A stretch of 64,000 bases of DNA, taken from Promethearchaeota archaeon. Its GTDB lineage: Archaea; Asgardarchaeota; Heimdallarchaeia; Hodarchaeales; Hodarchaeaceae. This document shows, one piece after another, positions 1-9,980 of this stretch (its first letter is position 1; every line of letters starts with the position of its first letter). A program made the position numbers and the translations under genes. A model generated the notes under the pieces. That model searched no databases. It saw only the letters and a list, made by a program, of their open reading frames with translations, and was not told where the DNA came from. Location of the stretch: assembly GCA_048938105.1 (NCBI GenBank), contig JBHLMN010000003.1, positions 160,001 through 224,000 on the forward strand. The letters are read 5' to 3'.

Positions 1-93
1 TGGCAGAATTATAGAATTCCTGATCCTAAGACTATTGAAGATTACTATCGGAAATACTATTCGAGTTTCGGAAAATATTATTCGGATTTTTAA
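1..93 (+). CDS. 3' end of a gene entering the window (WQNYRIPDPKTIEDYYRKYYSSFGKYYSDF*), product unknown
   Basis: Frame 1 open from base 1 to TAA at 91-93; convergent with the next gene. Confidence 0.4.
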   Translation, partial: WQNYRIPDPKTIEDYYRKYYSSFGKYYSDF

Positions 94-168
94 AGTATTC
101 TACTATTTGGAGACTGTCCACTAAATAGAAAGAAAATCCCCCCTTTTCCTCATGGTAATTAGAGAGTT

Positions 169-891
169 TTAAGAAGGCATTTCTACATCAGGAGAAACTA
201 CAATTCCTTTATCTGTTATTGAAAATGGGAAAATCCCCCGTTTATGGTTAATCCCTCGCATTTTTATTATTTCAATACCTCTTTGACGTTTAGCTCCTGT
301 TCTTTCATTATAAAGTCTAATAATTCCAGCAGCTAGAAATTCTTCGACGCTGTATTCATCCGTTCCCTTAGATTCAACCACTGCAAGTGAAGTTACACCA
401 AATCGTCGAATTACATCGAAAAATCTAAACATATTATATCGAATTTCGCGAATATCGTCAAAAAGGAGGGATATTATTGTCAATGGATCAATAACCATTC
501 TTTTGGCTTCAATAGAATTAATAGCTTCTTTCAACTTTTTTGTCAGAGCTGGAAGATCTAATCTGTATTGTTGTAACGATAACTGCCCATCACCTAGTGC
601 ACGACCATAAGAAAAGTCCAGTAAAATAAATTTCTTCTCAGATTCAAGTTTCTGTAAATCATATCCGTAAGCCAGCTGTGTTAGATAGAGTTCTTTTTTA
701 GACTCGTTAAATGAGCAAAATATTCCTGGTTCGTCATAATCTTCGATCCCTCGGACGAGAAATCCTACAGAAAGGCATGTCTTCCCTGCACCAGGCTCAC
801 CTGATAAGATGGTACTCCAACCCACAGGAATTCCACCACCAAGAAGCTTGTCGAGTCCTTTAATTCCAGTTTTGGTAAGAGGTAGTTCCAT
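169..891 (-). CDS. Single-domain KaiC/RAD55-like RecA-superfamily ATPase
   Basis: TGIKGLDKLLGGG, Walker A GEPGAGKT, RMVIDP, EEFLA, IIKMRG; ATG at 891 preferred over the ORF-track start at 924. Confidence 0.9.
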   Translation of the reverse strand: MELPLTKTGIKGLDKLLGGGIPVGWSTILSGEPGAGKTCLSVGFLVRGIEDYDEPGIFCSFNESKKELYLTQLAYGYDLQKLESEKKFILLDFSYGRALGDGQLSLQQYRLDLPALTKKLKEAINSIEAKRMVIDPLTIISLLFDDIREIRYNMFRFFDVIRRFGVTSLAVVESKGTDEYSVEEFLAAGIIRLYNERTGAKRQRGIEIIKMRGINHKRGIFPFSITDKGIVVSPDVEMPS

Positions 892-1069
892 TGAATCACT
901 TCTTTCTTGTTCATGAAATAGCAATATAGTATTTCATAATGATTTCATACATTATTGATATACAATTACTTATTTCTTTTAAAAATAGTTCGCTTTCTTT
1001 AATAGGATCAGTATTAAAGTTTTTTCTTCGATGTGAATCGTTTTTACATTGAAAAGAATTAATTTCTAG

Positions 1070-2470
1070 TTATTTATGCATGGTTGAAGCATTTATTAAA
1101 GCAATCTGGAGATCCATAACATTTGTCCCAGTGGGACCACTCAACAAAACAGATCCGCCTAATTCTTCAAAAAATTTACTTAGATTGTTTTCTTTTTGGA
1201 ATTTCGCTAGCTTCAATCCTTTTTTATGAACAACTGAGATGGATTTATCATCAATCAAGGCTCCAGCATAAGGAGAATTACCATCGATTCCGTCTGTGCC
1301 AGCAGAGAGAAATGTAATATCAGGAGGGAAAGGTAAAGATAAAAATTCATCTAAAACTGCTCCCACAACCTCCTGATTTCTCCCACCAATACCCTTTCCA
1401 TATACTTTCATTGTTGGTTCACCACCGCTGACAACTAGAAGAGGTTCTTGTGACCCCTCTGCTAGTCCGCAATAAATCCTAGCAAGTAAGCGCCCCAAAC
1501 ACCTAGCGTCTCCTTCTAATTTATCTGTTAGTAGAATAGCCTTTAAATCAAATCGCATTGCAGTTGAAATTATGTTCTTACAGGCCAGTTTATTTGATCC
1601 TAGTATATAAGTATCAACTCGTGAAAAAACTGGATCATCCTTCTTGAGTGTTTCAGGTATTATGCCTTCAATTCCTTGTTCAATTACTAATTTCACTGAA
1701 GCAGGAATTTCACCATCCCAAAGATGATACTGATCAAGTAGAAACTTGGAATCATGAAAAGTACTAGGATCAGGATAAAAATAACCAGAAGAGATACTTT
1801 CTAAATTATCCCCTACCACATCAGACAGAACTATTACTAGTATTTCTCCAGGAATCTGCATTGCTAGCTTCCCACCTTTAATTGTTGATATATGTTTTCT
1901 TACTACGTTTATCTCATGAATATTCATACCAGAATTAATCAATTGCTTGTTAAGAGCAATTAATTCATCAATAGTAATAGGAGATATCGGAGAAACCCAA
2001 ATTGCGGACCCTCCTCCACTAATTAAGGCAATTACTAAATCCTCAGGTTTAATATTCTCGACCATTTCTAAGATTGATTTAGTATTAATAACATTAACCT
2101 CGGAAGGAAGAGGATGAGACGATTCGAGGCATTGGAGTTTCTTTAGCTTTATCTCCCTTTTTATTCCCTTAGAAACACAAATTGTGCCACGATAATCTAA
2201 TTCCGTAAAAACTTTTTCTAGTGCTTCAGCCATCCGACCGATAGCCTTTCCTGCCCCTATAACCCAAATCTTTCTCTGGTCGATATTAAAATGTTGGTTT
2301 TTGATAATTAACTCCTTTTTTTCTGAATTGATGGTCAAATTATCATAAATAATCCGATAAGGATCAACAGCGTCTACTGCAGAACTAAAAAGTTTGAGTA
2401 CAGTTTCTCTTGAGCTACGTAAGCTAGAAGAAGCGAAATTAATAATTTCCCCATAATTTTGAATTTTCAT
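1070..2470 (-). CDS. Glycerate 2-kinase (DUF4147/MOFRL family)
   Basis: GAGKA, SHPLP, ISGGGSA, RKHISTIKGG, GGRNQE, GTDGIDG, GPTGTNVMD; start 2470 (track: 2503). Confidence 0.9.
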   Translation of the reverse strand: MKIQNYGEIINFASSSLRSSRETVLKLFSSAVDAVDPYRIIYDNLTINSEKKELIIKNQHFNIDQRKIWVIGAGKAIGRMAEALEKVFTELDYRGTICVSKGIKREIKLKKLQCLESSHPLPSEVNVINTKSILEMVENIKPEDLVIALISGGGSAIWVSPISPITIDELIALNKQLINSGMNIHEINVVRKHISTIKGGKLAMQIPGEILVIVLSDVVGDNLESISSGYFYPDPSTFHDSKFLLDQYHLWDGEIPASVKLVIEQGIEGIIPETLKKDDPVFSRVDTYILGSNKLACKNIISTAMRFDLKAILLTDKLEGDARCLGRLLARIYCGLAEGSQEPLLVVSGGEPTMKVYGKGIGGRNQEVVGAVLDEFLSLPFPPDITFLSAGTDGIDGNSPYAGALIDDKSISVVHKKGLKLAKFQKENNLSKFFEELGGSVLLSGPTGTNVMDLQIALINASTMHK

Positions 2471-2489
2471 ATGCAATCGCTTCTCATAC

Positions 2490-4067
2490 CTAACATCGTC
2501 CATAACCTCCCCCTCCTGGTGTGTTGATAACTAGAGTTTCCCCCGCCTTGAAGTTAATTATAGCTCTTCCTGGAAGGACAATCTCTTCGTTATCCAATTT
2601 TCGTTTGATATTTAGTCCTTTTGCTCCATTAGAACCGCCAGCTAAACCATAAGGTGCGAGCTTTCTACGCTCCGTTTGCAGCGATACAACTGAATCCACT
2701 AAACATTCAATCTCTCGAATAAGCCCATCACCTCCTTTAACATATCCTCGACCACCAGAATCATTTCGAAAAGAATAACGTTTAACTCGGAGTGGATAAG
2801 CTAATTCTAATGCTTCAATTGGAGTATTGAGTGTATTTGTCATGTGAGAATGAACCCCAGGGATCCCCTGATAGTTTTTACTACTTCCTGTACCACCACC
2901 TATTGTTTCGTAATACGTGAATGCTTTTCCTGTTTGATCAAATCCTCCAATTGTAATATTGTTCATAGTTCCTTGAGATGCAGCAGGAATCTCTGGTATT
3001 GCTTGGGATAATGCTCCAAGCAGGATATCTACCAAACGTTGAGATGTTTCCACATTTCCAGATGAAACAGCTGCTGGAGGAGAAGGATCAAGTAAGCTTC
3101 CTTTCGGAATTTCAATGTCAATGTTACAGAATAACCCTGCATTTGTCATAATCGTTGGGTCAGTTAATGCTCTAAATACATAATAAACACATGAATAAAC
3201 AACGCTTTTTGGAGCGTTTACATTCCCTATTTGTTGAGAATCAGTTCCGTTAAAAGAAACTTTGATTTTATCGTCAATTTTGGTAATAGCTACTTTTATT
3301 CTAACTAAATCGTCAGTTACGCCATTTGAATCAAGAAAATCTTCAAATTGAAACTTTCCCTCTGGAAAATTAGCTAATTGGGATTTAAATGACTTCTCGG
3401 AGAGATCCATTAATTCCTTGACAATATTAAAAAGTGAATCTTGTCCATATTTATCTGTCAGCTCCTCAAGACGTTCTTGTCCTCTTAAGAGAGATGCTCG
3501 CTGAGCTCGAAAATCTCCCAATCTTTCTTCCTGAACACGCACATTAGATAAAATTAGCTTCATAACATCTTTCACTTCTTTCCCCTGATCATAAAGCTTG
3601 ATCGGAGGAATAACTAATCCTTCTTCAAAAAGTTCAGTAGATATACCTGGCATAGATCCTGGTGTGGAGCCACCTATATCGGCATGGTGCGCCCGATTAT
3701 TCACAAAGAAACTTAACTTATTATTTATGAAAATAGGCATTAAAAAGGTCACATCTGGAAGATGAGTGCCTCCAGTATAAGGAGAGTTAAGAATAATGAC
3801 ATCACCTGGGTTCATAGCCTCAATAGGGAATTCTTGCAGAATAGCAGCTATTGATGAAAACATAGCACCAAGATGAACTGGAATGTGCTCTGCTTGTGCT
3901 AATAGTTCAGCGTTTCGATCAAATATAGCACATGAAAAGTCCAACCTTTCTTTACAATTAGGACTGAAAGATGCTCGTTGAAGAATTATCCCCATTTCCT
4001 CAGCAATATTTTCTAATGCCTTTTGAATAACACTTAAGGTTACAATGTCAGTCTTCATTACTGTCAC
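2490..4067 (-). CDS. Hydantoinase B/5-oxoprolinase subunit
   Basis: SPNCKERLDFSCA, HIPVHLG, GGTHLPD, HHADIGG, HMTNT, TPGGGGYG; 4-bp overlap with subunit A. Confidence 0.92.
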   Translation of the reverse strand: MTVMKTDIVTLSVIQKALENIAEEMGIILQRASFSPNCKERLDFSCAIFDRNAELLAQAEHIPVHLGAMFSSIAAILQEFPIEAMNPGDVIILNSPYTGGTHLPDVTFLMPIFINNKLSFFVNNRAHHADIGGSTPGSMPGISTELFEEGLVIPPIKLYDQGKEVKDVMKLILSNVRVQEERLGDFRAQRASLLRGQERLEELTDKYGQDSLFNIVKELMDLSEKSFKSQLANFPEGKFQFEDFLDSNGVTDDLVRIKVAITKIDDKIKVSFNGTDSQQIGNVNAPKSVVYSCVYYVFRALTDPTIMTNAGLFCNIDIEIPKGSLLDPSPPAAVSSGNVETSQRLVDILLGALSQAIPEIPAASQGTMNNITIGGFDQTGKAFTYYETIGGGTGSSKNYQGIPGVHSHMTNTLNTPIEALELAYPLRVKRYSFRNDSGGRGYVKGGDGLIREIECLVDSVVSLQTERRKLAPYGLAGGSNGAKGLNIKRKLDNEEIVLPGRAIINFKAGETLVINTPGGGGYGRC

Positions 4068-6079
4068 CCCTTAGATATTCTCGAGAGAATTAAATGGCCG
4101 TCATTCTTAACTTCTGCTCTCCAACCAATATCAACTAATGTTGTAGAATCATTTTGTTCTATAACACTAGGCCCATCTACTACATTGTTGGCTTTTAATT
4201 TAGATTTTTGGTAAATATTAGCTTTAACCCAATTATTTTCCAAGAATATATCACGAGTCCCTGTTTGAGCATCTTCTGGATCAGTACCTCCGAATAATAA
4301 AGGAGAAAGCTCGAATTTTGGAAGAGGAACCATTGCAGCGACTCGAAGATTAACTATTTCACGAGGAGCTTGGGGAGAGGCGTACCCATATGCTTTTTTG
4401 TGGGCTTCATCGAAAGCATGTGAAGTAGCTTCAATCTTTCCGTAAAATGGTATAGTCAACTCATAGGATTGGCCTACTAGTCGAAGATCAAGGTTGCGGG
4501 CGATAATAACATCTTTCTTTGAAAAACCGTCTTCAACGCATAATTGAATCCCCTGTTGAACAAGAGATGTAAAAGCTGAATCAAGCTGCTCATTAGATAT
4601 TTCATCCAAAGGTTCCAAGAGAGAGTGAGAGAGATCATGACGGATATCAGCAGTTAGGAGGCCATAAGCAGACCAGACTCCTGGATATGGAGGAATAACA
4701 ACCTGCTTCAAAGATAAGCGATCTGCTAGAGAACATCCATGTAGAGGCCCTGCTCCTCCGAATGCCACTAAAACAAAATCACGACTATCATATCCACGTT
4801 CAGTAGAAACTTTACGAAGAGCCAAAGCCACATTGTTCTCAAAAATTTCAATAATCCCTGCAGCACATTCTTCGAGTGAAGAAAAATTGAGTTCATCAGC
4901 AAGAGGAGAGAGAACTCCTTTTGCCAATTTAGGATAAATTTCAATAGCTCCACCACAAAAATAATCAGGATTTAATAGGCCTCTGACCAAGTTTGCATCA
5001 GTAACAGTGGGTAATTTCCCCCCATTATTATAACAGGCTGGCCCTGGATCAGCTCCAGCGCTTTCTGGTCCAACAAGAAAAATTCCATGTTCATACTTAG
5101 CAATTGATCCTCCTCCTGCACCAATTGTTTGTACTGCTATGGATGGAAGATGAATAGGGTAACCTGCAATTTCATTTACATTGGATATTTCTATTTTTCC
5201 ATTTACAATGCTTGCAACATCGGTAGAAGTCCCTCCAATATCCAAGGTGAGAGCATTTTTAATTTGGAGTTCATTACAAGAATAAAAACCTCCAAGTACT
5301 CCTCCAGCCAAACCTGAAAAAATCGTTTCAACAGAAGCTGCATTTTTAATTTGAGTAACTCCTCCTGTAGAGAGAAGAATAAGAGGAGGTACCATTATTC
5401 CTTTTTCATTAATTCTATGTAAAAAAGAATTGAAGTATTTTTTACATAAAGGCGCAATATAAGCATCTAGTACTGTTGTACTCGTTCTATCGTATTCACG
5501 AAATATAGGAAGAATTTGGCTTGAACGTGACACATTTATCGAAGGAAGTTGCTGTATAATTTTATTAGCGATTTTCATTTCATGTTGAGGATAAAAAAAA
5601 GAGAATAGGAGGGAGATAGCTACAGACTCAACTTTCGTTTCCTGTAGAGCGTTTACAATTCCCCCTAAATCATTGAGATCCAACGGTGTAAGTATTTCAC
5701 CAGAAGCACTAATACGTTCTTTCACACCAAATCTTAGCTCTTTAGCAACAAGAGGTTTAACTCTTATAGGATAGAGTGAATAGAGATTCAAGCGGTTTTG
5801 ACGACCAATTTCTATAATATCTGAGAAACCTTCGGTTGCAATCAATGCGGTCTTAGCTCCTTTATGTTCTAATATGGCATTTGTTGCAACGGTAGTTCCA
5901 TGAACAACGACGTTTAGATTCTCTAATGTGGTTTTTAGTTTGGTTAATCCAACCTCCACTCCAATAGATTGATCATTAGGTGTACTGGAAACTTTTTCAA
6001 GGATAACAGAGTTACTTTCTGAATTAACAACGATTAAATCTGTGAAAGTACCACCTATGTCTATACCAAGACATTTCAT
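4064..6079 (-). CDS. Hydantoinase A/5-oxoprolinase subunit
   Basis: DIGGTFTD, HGTTVATNA, DIGGTSTD, GAGGGS, GADPGPACY, FGGAGPLH. Confidence 0.92.
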   Translation of the reverse strand: MKCLGIDIGGTFTDLIVVNSESNSVILEKVSSTPNDQSIGVEVGLTKLKTTLENLNVVVHGTTVATNAILEHKGAKTALIATEGFSDIIEIGRQNRLNLYSLYPIRVKPLVAKELRFGVKERISASGEILTPLDLNDLGGIVNALQETKVESVAISLLFSFFYPQHEMKIANKIIQQLPSINVSRSSQILPIFREYDRTSTTVLDAYIAPLCKKYFNSFLHRINEKGIMVPPLILLSTGGVTQIKNAASVETIFSGLAGGVLGGFYSCNELQIKNALTLDIGGTSTDVASIVNGKIEISNVNEIAGYPIHLPSIAVQTIGAGGGSIAKYEHGIFLVGPESAGADPGPACYNNGGKLPTVTDANLVRGLLNPDYFCGGAIEIYPKLAKGVLSPLADELNFSSLEECAAGIIEIFENNVALALRKVSTERGYDSRDFVLVAFGGAGPLHGCSLADRLSLKQVVIPPYPGVWSAYGLLTADIRHDLSHSLLEPLDEISNEQLDSAFTSLVQQGIQLCVEDGFSKKDVIIARNLDLRLVGQSYELTIPFYGKIEATSHAFDEAHKKAYGYASPQAPREIVNLRVAAMVPLPKFELSPLLFGGTDPEDAQTGTRDIFLENNWVKANIYQKSKLKANNVVDGPSVIEQNDSTTLVDIGWRAEVKNDGHLILSRISKG

Positions 6080-6249
6080 TTGGAATTACCTAGATGAGAT
6101 GGAATTTTTTACTGCTGTTTAAGTGAAATAGTCATAATAATATTTGCTTAATGCTACTTTATATTTGTAGAATTAAATAAAAGTCTACTCACAGGGTTGA
6201 TCGCATATAATATATTACAAATGAACTCCTATTCAGTAAACCTATCAAG

Positions 6250-6879
6250 TTGAATAGGGTTATTCAAGTGGTAAAAATCAAAATTCTGTGCATTGGTGAC
6301 TCACATACTGCAGGATTTCCACTCTTTGACCCAATATACGGAGGAGAGGTTCGAAGTTCTTATGAATACTGGTTCAACATTCTTCTGACCAATTGTTTTC
6401 CAGAGATTTCATTCCTCATTGATAATAAAGGCATTTGTGGACAAACATCAGGTGAAGTATTTCAACGTCTTAGAACCCACCTAACCAAGTCCAGCTATCA
6501 TTTAGTTATTTTCTGGGGAGGGGCAAACGATATAGCTATAGGCTACTCTGTGAATGCAATTTGGAACAACTTATGGCGGGTATTTAAATTCACACAAGAA
6601 AATTCAACAGCATTGATACTCGTTACAATTCCACCAATGAATTGGCCTGAAACTAAAGAAATAATTCTGCAGCTGAATGAAAAAATACGATTTAAAAGTA
6701 GTTTTAAGACCTATATGTATTCTGATGTATATAACGCTTTAGTTCTAGAGGAACAGGGTATTTTAGATCCACTCTTTGATGCGGGTGATGGAGTTCATCT
6801 TTCAATTGATGGATATGAACAAGTAGGCCGAAAGGTTTTTAATACAGCCTCCCCATTCATCACGAACCTTTTGAAATAA
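6250..6879 (+). CDS. SGNH/GDSL-family hydrolase
   Basis: Blocks GDSHTAG, NKGICG, GGAND, DGVH. Confidence 0.88.
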   Translation: MNRVIQVVKIKILCIGDSHTAGFPLFDPIYGGEVRSSYEYWFNILLTNCFPEISFLIDNKGICGQTSGEVFQRLRTHLTKSSYHLVIFWGGANDIAIGYSVNAIWNNLWRVFKFTQENSTALILVTIPPMNWPETKEIILQLNEKIRFKSSFKTYMYSDVYNALVLEEQGILDPLFDAGDGVHLSIDGYEQVGRKVFNTASPFITNLLK

Positions 6880-7015
6880 TTTCTATCGCTATTTAAGAGA
6901 CAACAAACATCATTAAATCTTAAATTCGGGAAAACAAATCGATATTTAACGTGGTCTTTTTTGATATAGGGATAAAAAAAACTTTGGAGTTTAAAATCCT
7001 TAAGGGAGAAGACCA

Positions 7016-7612
7016 TTGAAGTATATGAATTTACCCTTAAAATGGCAGTCTCGCTTTAGACGACGAATATGGTCAAAAACTCGACTCAATCACACAACAA
7101 ATTGGAAAAAACATTTAATTTCGCTTTATATAATCCGATCTGATGGTATTTGTTTGTTCTCCCACCATTTTCAAATAGGTCTAATATCTCAAATTGAAAC
7201 TCAATTAGTAGGAATGGGATTTACAGCTATCTCTCAAATGATGCAAGAAATTGTCGATTCATCATTAAGTTTGGAATTGATAGATCTTGGTCCGAAAAAG
7301 GTTTTAATTGAGGAATACGAGAATATTTTAGCCATTTTAATCGCTACAACAAACTCTGACTTCTTACGAGCTAAACTTAAAGAACTAGCGGATCATTTTG
7401 AAAAAATGTTTGAACTCCAGCAAAGAATAAGCGCCGAAACACGAGTGAGTTTGGAGGATTATGCGTTGACAGCAGAATTAGTTTCGATGGTTTTTCAAGA
7501 TCAACCCACGCGTGTCTTAGAGATAATTCCCGTGATTTTCAAGTCAATTAGAAAAAATAAAACCACTAAATCTGGGCAAAAAACTCTTTCTACCATTTTA
7601 CACAGTTACTAA
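7016..7612 (+). CDS. Longin-like domain protein (Asgard eukaryotic-signature type)
   Basis: LYIIRSDGICLFS...LVGMGFTAISQMMQEI...LKELADHFEKMF matches the longin beta-beta-alpha-beta3-alpha pattern. Confidence 0.65.
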   Translation: MKYMNLPLKWQSRFRRRIWSKTRLNHTTNWKKHLISLYIIRSDGICLFSHHFQIGLISQIETQLVGMGFTAISQMMQEIVDSSLSLELIDLGPKKVLIEEYENILAILIATTNSDFLRAKLKELADHFEKMFELQQRISAETRVSLEDYALTAELVSMVFQDQPTRVLEIIPVIFKSIRKNKTTKSGQKTLSTILHSY

Positions 7613-8746
7613 AATCAGGAGTAATGGGATCGCTTCTATCATCAGATGGAAACCGAGTGCAGTTTCAAAATCACGTCGTACAAATAAATAAAACAGAGGG
7701 AGACTTCTGAATAGAACTGTTCTAAGAAGATATGGTAATACTGCTAACCAAAAAGTAATTGGATATAATAGTTCAACCTCAACAAATATTACAAAGATAA
7801 TTGCTCCCCAACAACGATATTCTACTTTATCAAGAGGTCTAAACAGAATATAAGCTATTGGGATTAAGAATAATCGTGCCCAAACTTCTTCATTAAGTCC
7901 AAAACACAAAAAATTATACACTAGAGTAAACTCAGCAAGTGGCTCTCTTCTTGAAAACGCAACAAGTGGTTCCCACCAATAGAAATCGGTCCCCACATTG
8001 AAAGTAATAAGACTTACAGATGCTAAGCCCCAAGGAATCCCTAGAAAAAGCCCAACGCATAAGCTCCTTAATGCGGGATAGAAGTCTTTGTCCAATAGGT
8101 TCACTTGAATAAAACCAGTTTTCCTGATCAGGAATAATCCTGCATGAACAATAGAGAAAAAGCATATTAATAAAACTGAGGTTATAATCAAAACTCCCAA
8201 AGAAATATCCTCTGGAGGAATGACAGATTTATGAAAAATTACCCTCCAGATAGTCTCCCAAAAAACGAAACCAATAACCAAAATAATAGTTACTATAATC
8301 ATCCAAGGATCAATCATTCGAGTTTTTAAAATAAAAAAACTAATAATTCCCACGGCGGTCAAACCTAGTATTAATGTTCCAATCAAGTCGATACTCTGCG
8401 ACGGACCAAAGACTGCAACCAGAAAAATTATGATAGATGGTATTATTAGTGTTATCATTGGACTCTCTTTGAATGATTCATCAATGAATGGCCTTCTTAT
8501 CCTCTGTTCAGATTGTTTTTCTAGGTAGTCTTCTGTCCATGGTTCCTTATTAAGCCAAAAGTAAGTTGAAATTATAATTATTAAAAGAATAACATAATTT
8601 ATAAGGTTTGAATCAAGTCCGAACGAAAAGTTGGCTATAATAATGAAAACTGAACCAATAATTATTGCCAATATTACTATTAACTCTTCTTTCCAATTAG
8701 ACATTTCCAATTTAGAGATCATGGAAGGCACCAGCGATATTTTCAA
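7598..8746 (-). CDS. Polytopic membrane protein, probable CPBP (CAAX/Abi) intramembrane protease family
   Basis: About 10 hydrophobic segments; EEVWAR (EExxxR) and C-terminal GFHLMI. Confidence 0.6.
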   Translation of the reverse strand: MKISLVPSMISKLEMSNWKEELIVILAIIIGSVFIIIANFSFGLDSNLINYVILLIIIISTYFWLNKEPWTEDYLEKQSEQRIRRPFIDESFKESPMITLIIPSIIIFLVAVFGPSQSIDLIGTLILGLTAVGIISFFILKTRMIDPWMIIVTIILVIGFVFWETIWRVIFHKSVIPPEDISLGVLIITSVLLICFFSIVHAGLFLIRKTGFIQVNLLDKDFYPALRSLCVGLFLGIPWGLASVSLITFNVGTDFYWWEPLVAFSRREPLAEFTLVYNFLCFGLNEEVWARLFLIPIAYILFRPLDKVEYRCWGAIIFVIFVEVELLYPITFWLAVLPYLLRTVLFRSLPLFYLFVRRDFETALGFHLMIEAIPLLLILVTV

Positions 8747-8747
8747 A

Positions 8748-9539
8748 TCAGAGTTTTTGAATGAATCCTGGGGAAGGTTCGAAAAAGATTCCCTTCAACA
8801 ATCCCTGTTCTATCGCTTGTTTTACAGAGCTAAAAGGAACTCCTTTCTCGTTTGCTATCTTATTGAGTGTCTCAAGTTTAATAGGTTTATCAGTAATGAA
8901 CGACAAGACATCTGCCGCAGTTTCATTGGCCATTAAGAAATCTTTGAAATCCTGTTCCAAATTATCTGCATCTTCTTGGGAAATACTTTTCTTTTGCAAT
9001 GATGTCTGTAGTAAATCTTGAAATATGGTTTTTGCATCCGAGGCTGATTCAAGATAGCACCTGATATGATAGAATTTGTGAGAAAAAAACTTGCGACCAC
9101 CATCCAATTCAACTTGTGAGGGTTCAGCAACACGAAGAATTCCTTTTTCTATCTTTTTCTCACAGATTCTACAAGCTCCTCGCGAACTCTTCGAATACTC
9201 AAGAAAAGATTTACGTGTAGCAGCAGTTCTTTGAGGGCTATCAATAACCTCCTTTTTTCTTTTTTTCAGAGATTCGAAGATTTTCGCTTTATCCTCTGCA
9301 TCTATTGTGGAAGACGAGTCCAAGAATTCCATTATTATGTCTATTTTATCTTGAGGAACACAGGCTACATGATAGAAACCATGAGAGGTGATTGTTTCGC
9401 CGTCTGGTTTAGTAAAAAGATAAGGAATACCAATCCGAAACTCATTTTTAATGATTTTTTGACGACAAGTCCTACAAGATGCTCTACTTGTCTTTGCAGG
9501 CTCAATTTTTAGTTTAATTTTCCCAGACATCAAGCTCAC
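8748..9539 (-). CDS. Protein with two PARP-type zinc fingers and a probable C-terminal winged helix
   Basis: IEPAKTSRASCRTC-x31-HVAC and LEYSKSSRGACRIC-x31-HIRC. Confidence 0.85.
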   Translation of the reverse strand: MSLMSGKIKLKIEPAKTSRASCRTCRQKIIKNEFRIGIPYLFTKPDGETITSHGFYHVACVPQDKIDIIMEFLDSSSTIDAEDKAKIFESLKKRKKEVIDSPQRTAATRKSFLEYSKSSRGACRICEKKIEKGILRVAEPSQVELDGGRKFFSHKFYHIRCYLESASDAKTIFQDLLQTSLQKKSISQEDADNLEQDFKDFLMANETAADVLSFITDKPIKLETLNKIANEKGVPFSSVKQAIEQGLLKGIFFEPSPGFIQKL

Positions 9540-9610
9540 TTCTGGGTAGAATTAGTAATTCAACTAAAAGACCTCTCCTCTATCTTTCTTTTAAAACTTC
9601 CTTTTATTTC

Positions 9611-9913
9611 TTCTATTAACGGAAAAACCTACCTTATTTCTTAGAGGATATCGTGCCGAGAAGGTGCGAACCTTTCGCAAGGAAGGTTTATAAGGGTTAG
9701 TGTGTTAGGGTTTGGTAGGATCAAACTGAAAGATGTAGTTCCTACGGTGGCGCGTTGGGTAAAGATGTGTGTTCTGGAGATGCACCAGAATCGTTATACC
9801 TACTACATCCTAAGTAATCCTATCGGGCTCTTTAATCAAGGGAAGGCGAGTTGAACCTTCGGTTCACTCTTACCTTGCATAAATAGGATTACAGTAGGTG
9901 AGAGTTAATAGAA
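9611..9913 (+). ncRNA. Putative ~300-nt structured non-coding RNA, family unknown
   Basis: No long ORF; GC-richer than its flanks; nested helices 9611-9620/9904-9913, 9627-9632/9894-9899, 9732-9739/9802-9809, 9814-9823/9883-9892; GCAA-capped and UUCG-containing hairpins; G-U pairs favour the + strand. Confidence 0.65.
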
Positions 9914-9980
9914 TCGAGTATTACAAATAAAATCGCATTAATCAGTGGTAATAACAAGGGACTCCAAAATTTTGTGGAAT

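Noticed and set aside
9691-9713. TAAGGGTTAG..GTTAGGGTTT resembles telomeric TTAGGG / the telomerase template on the minus strand
   Set aside because: Only two imperfect units; G-U pairs and loops favour the plus strand; no reverse transcriptase in the window; likely chance
9611-9913. Assignment of the structured RNA as SRP RNA, RNase P RNA or a hammerhead ribozyme
   Set aside because: No SRP helix-8 GGAA/AGCAG motif, no GAGGAAAGUCC or ACAGAA..GGCUUA, and CUGAAAGA does not fit CUGANGA; a diverged version cannot be excluded without cmscan
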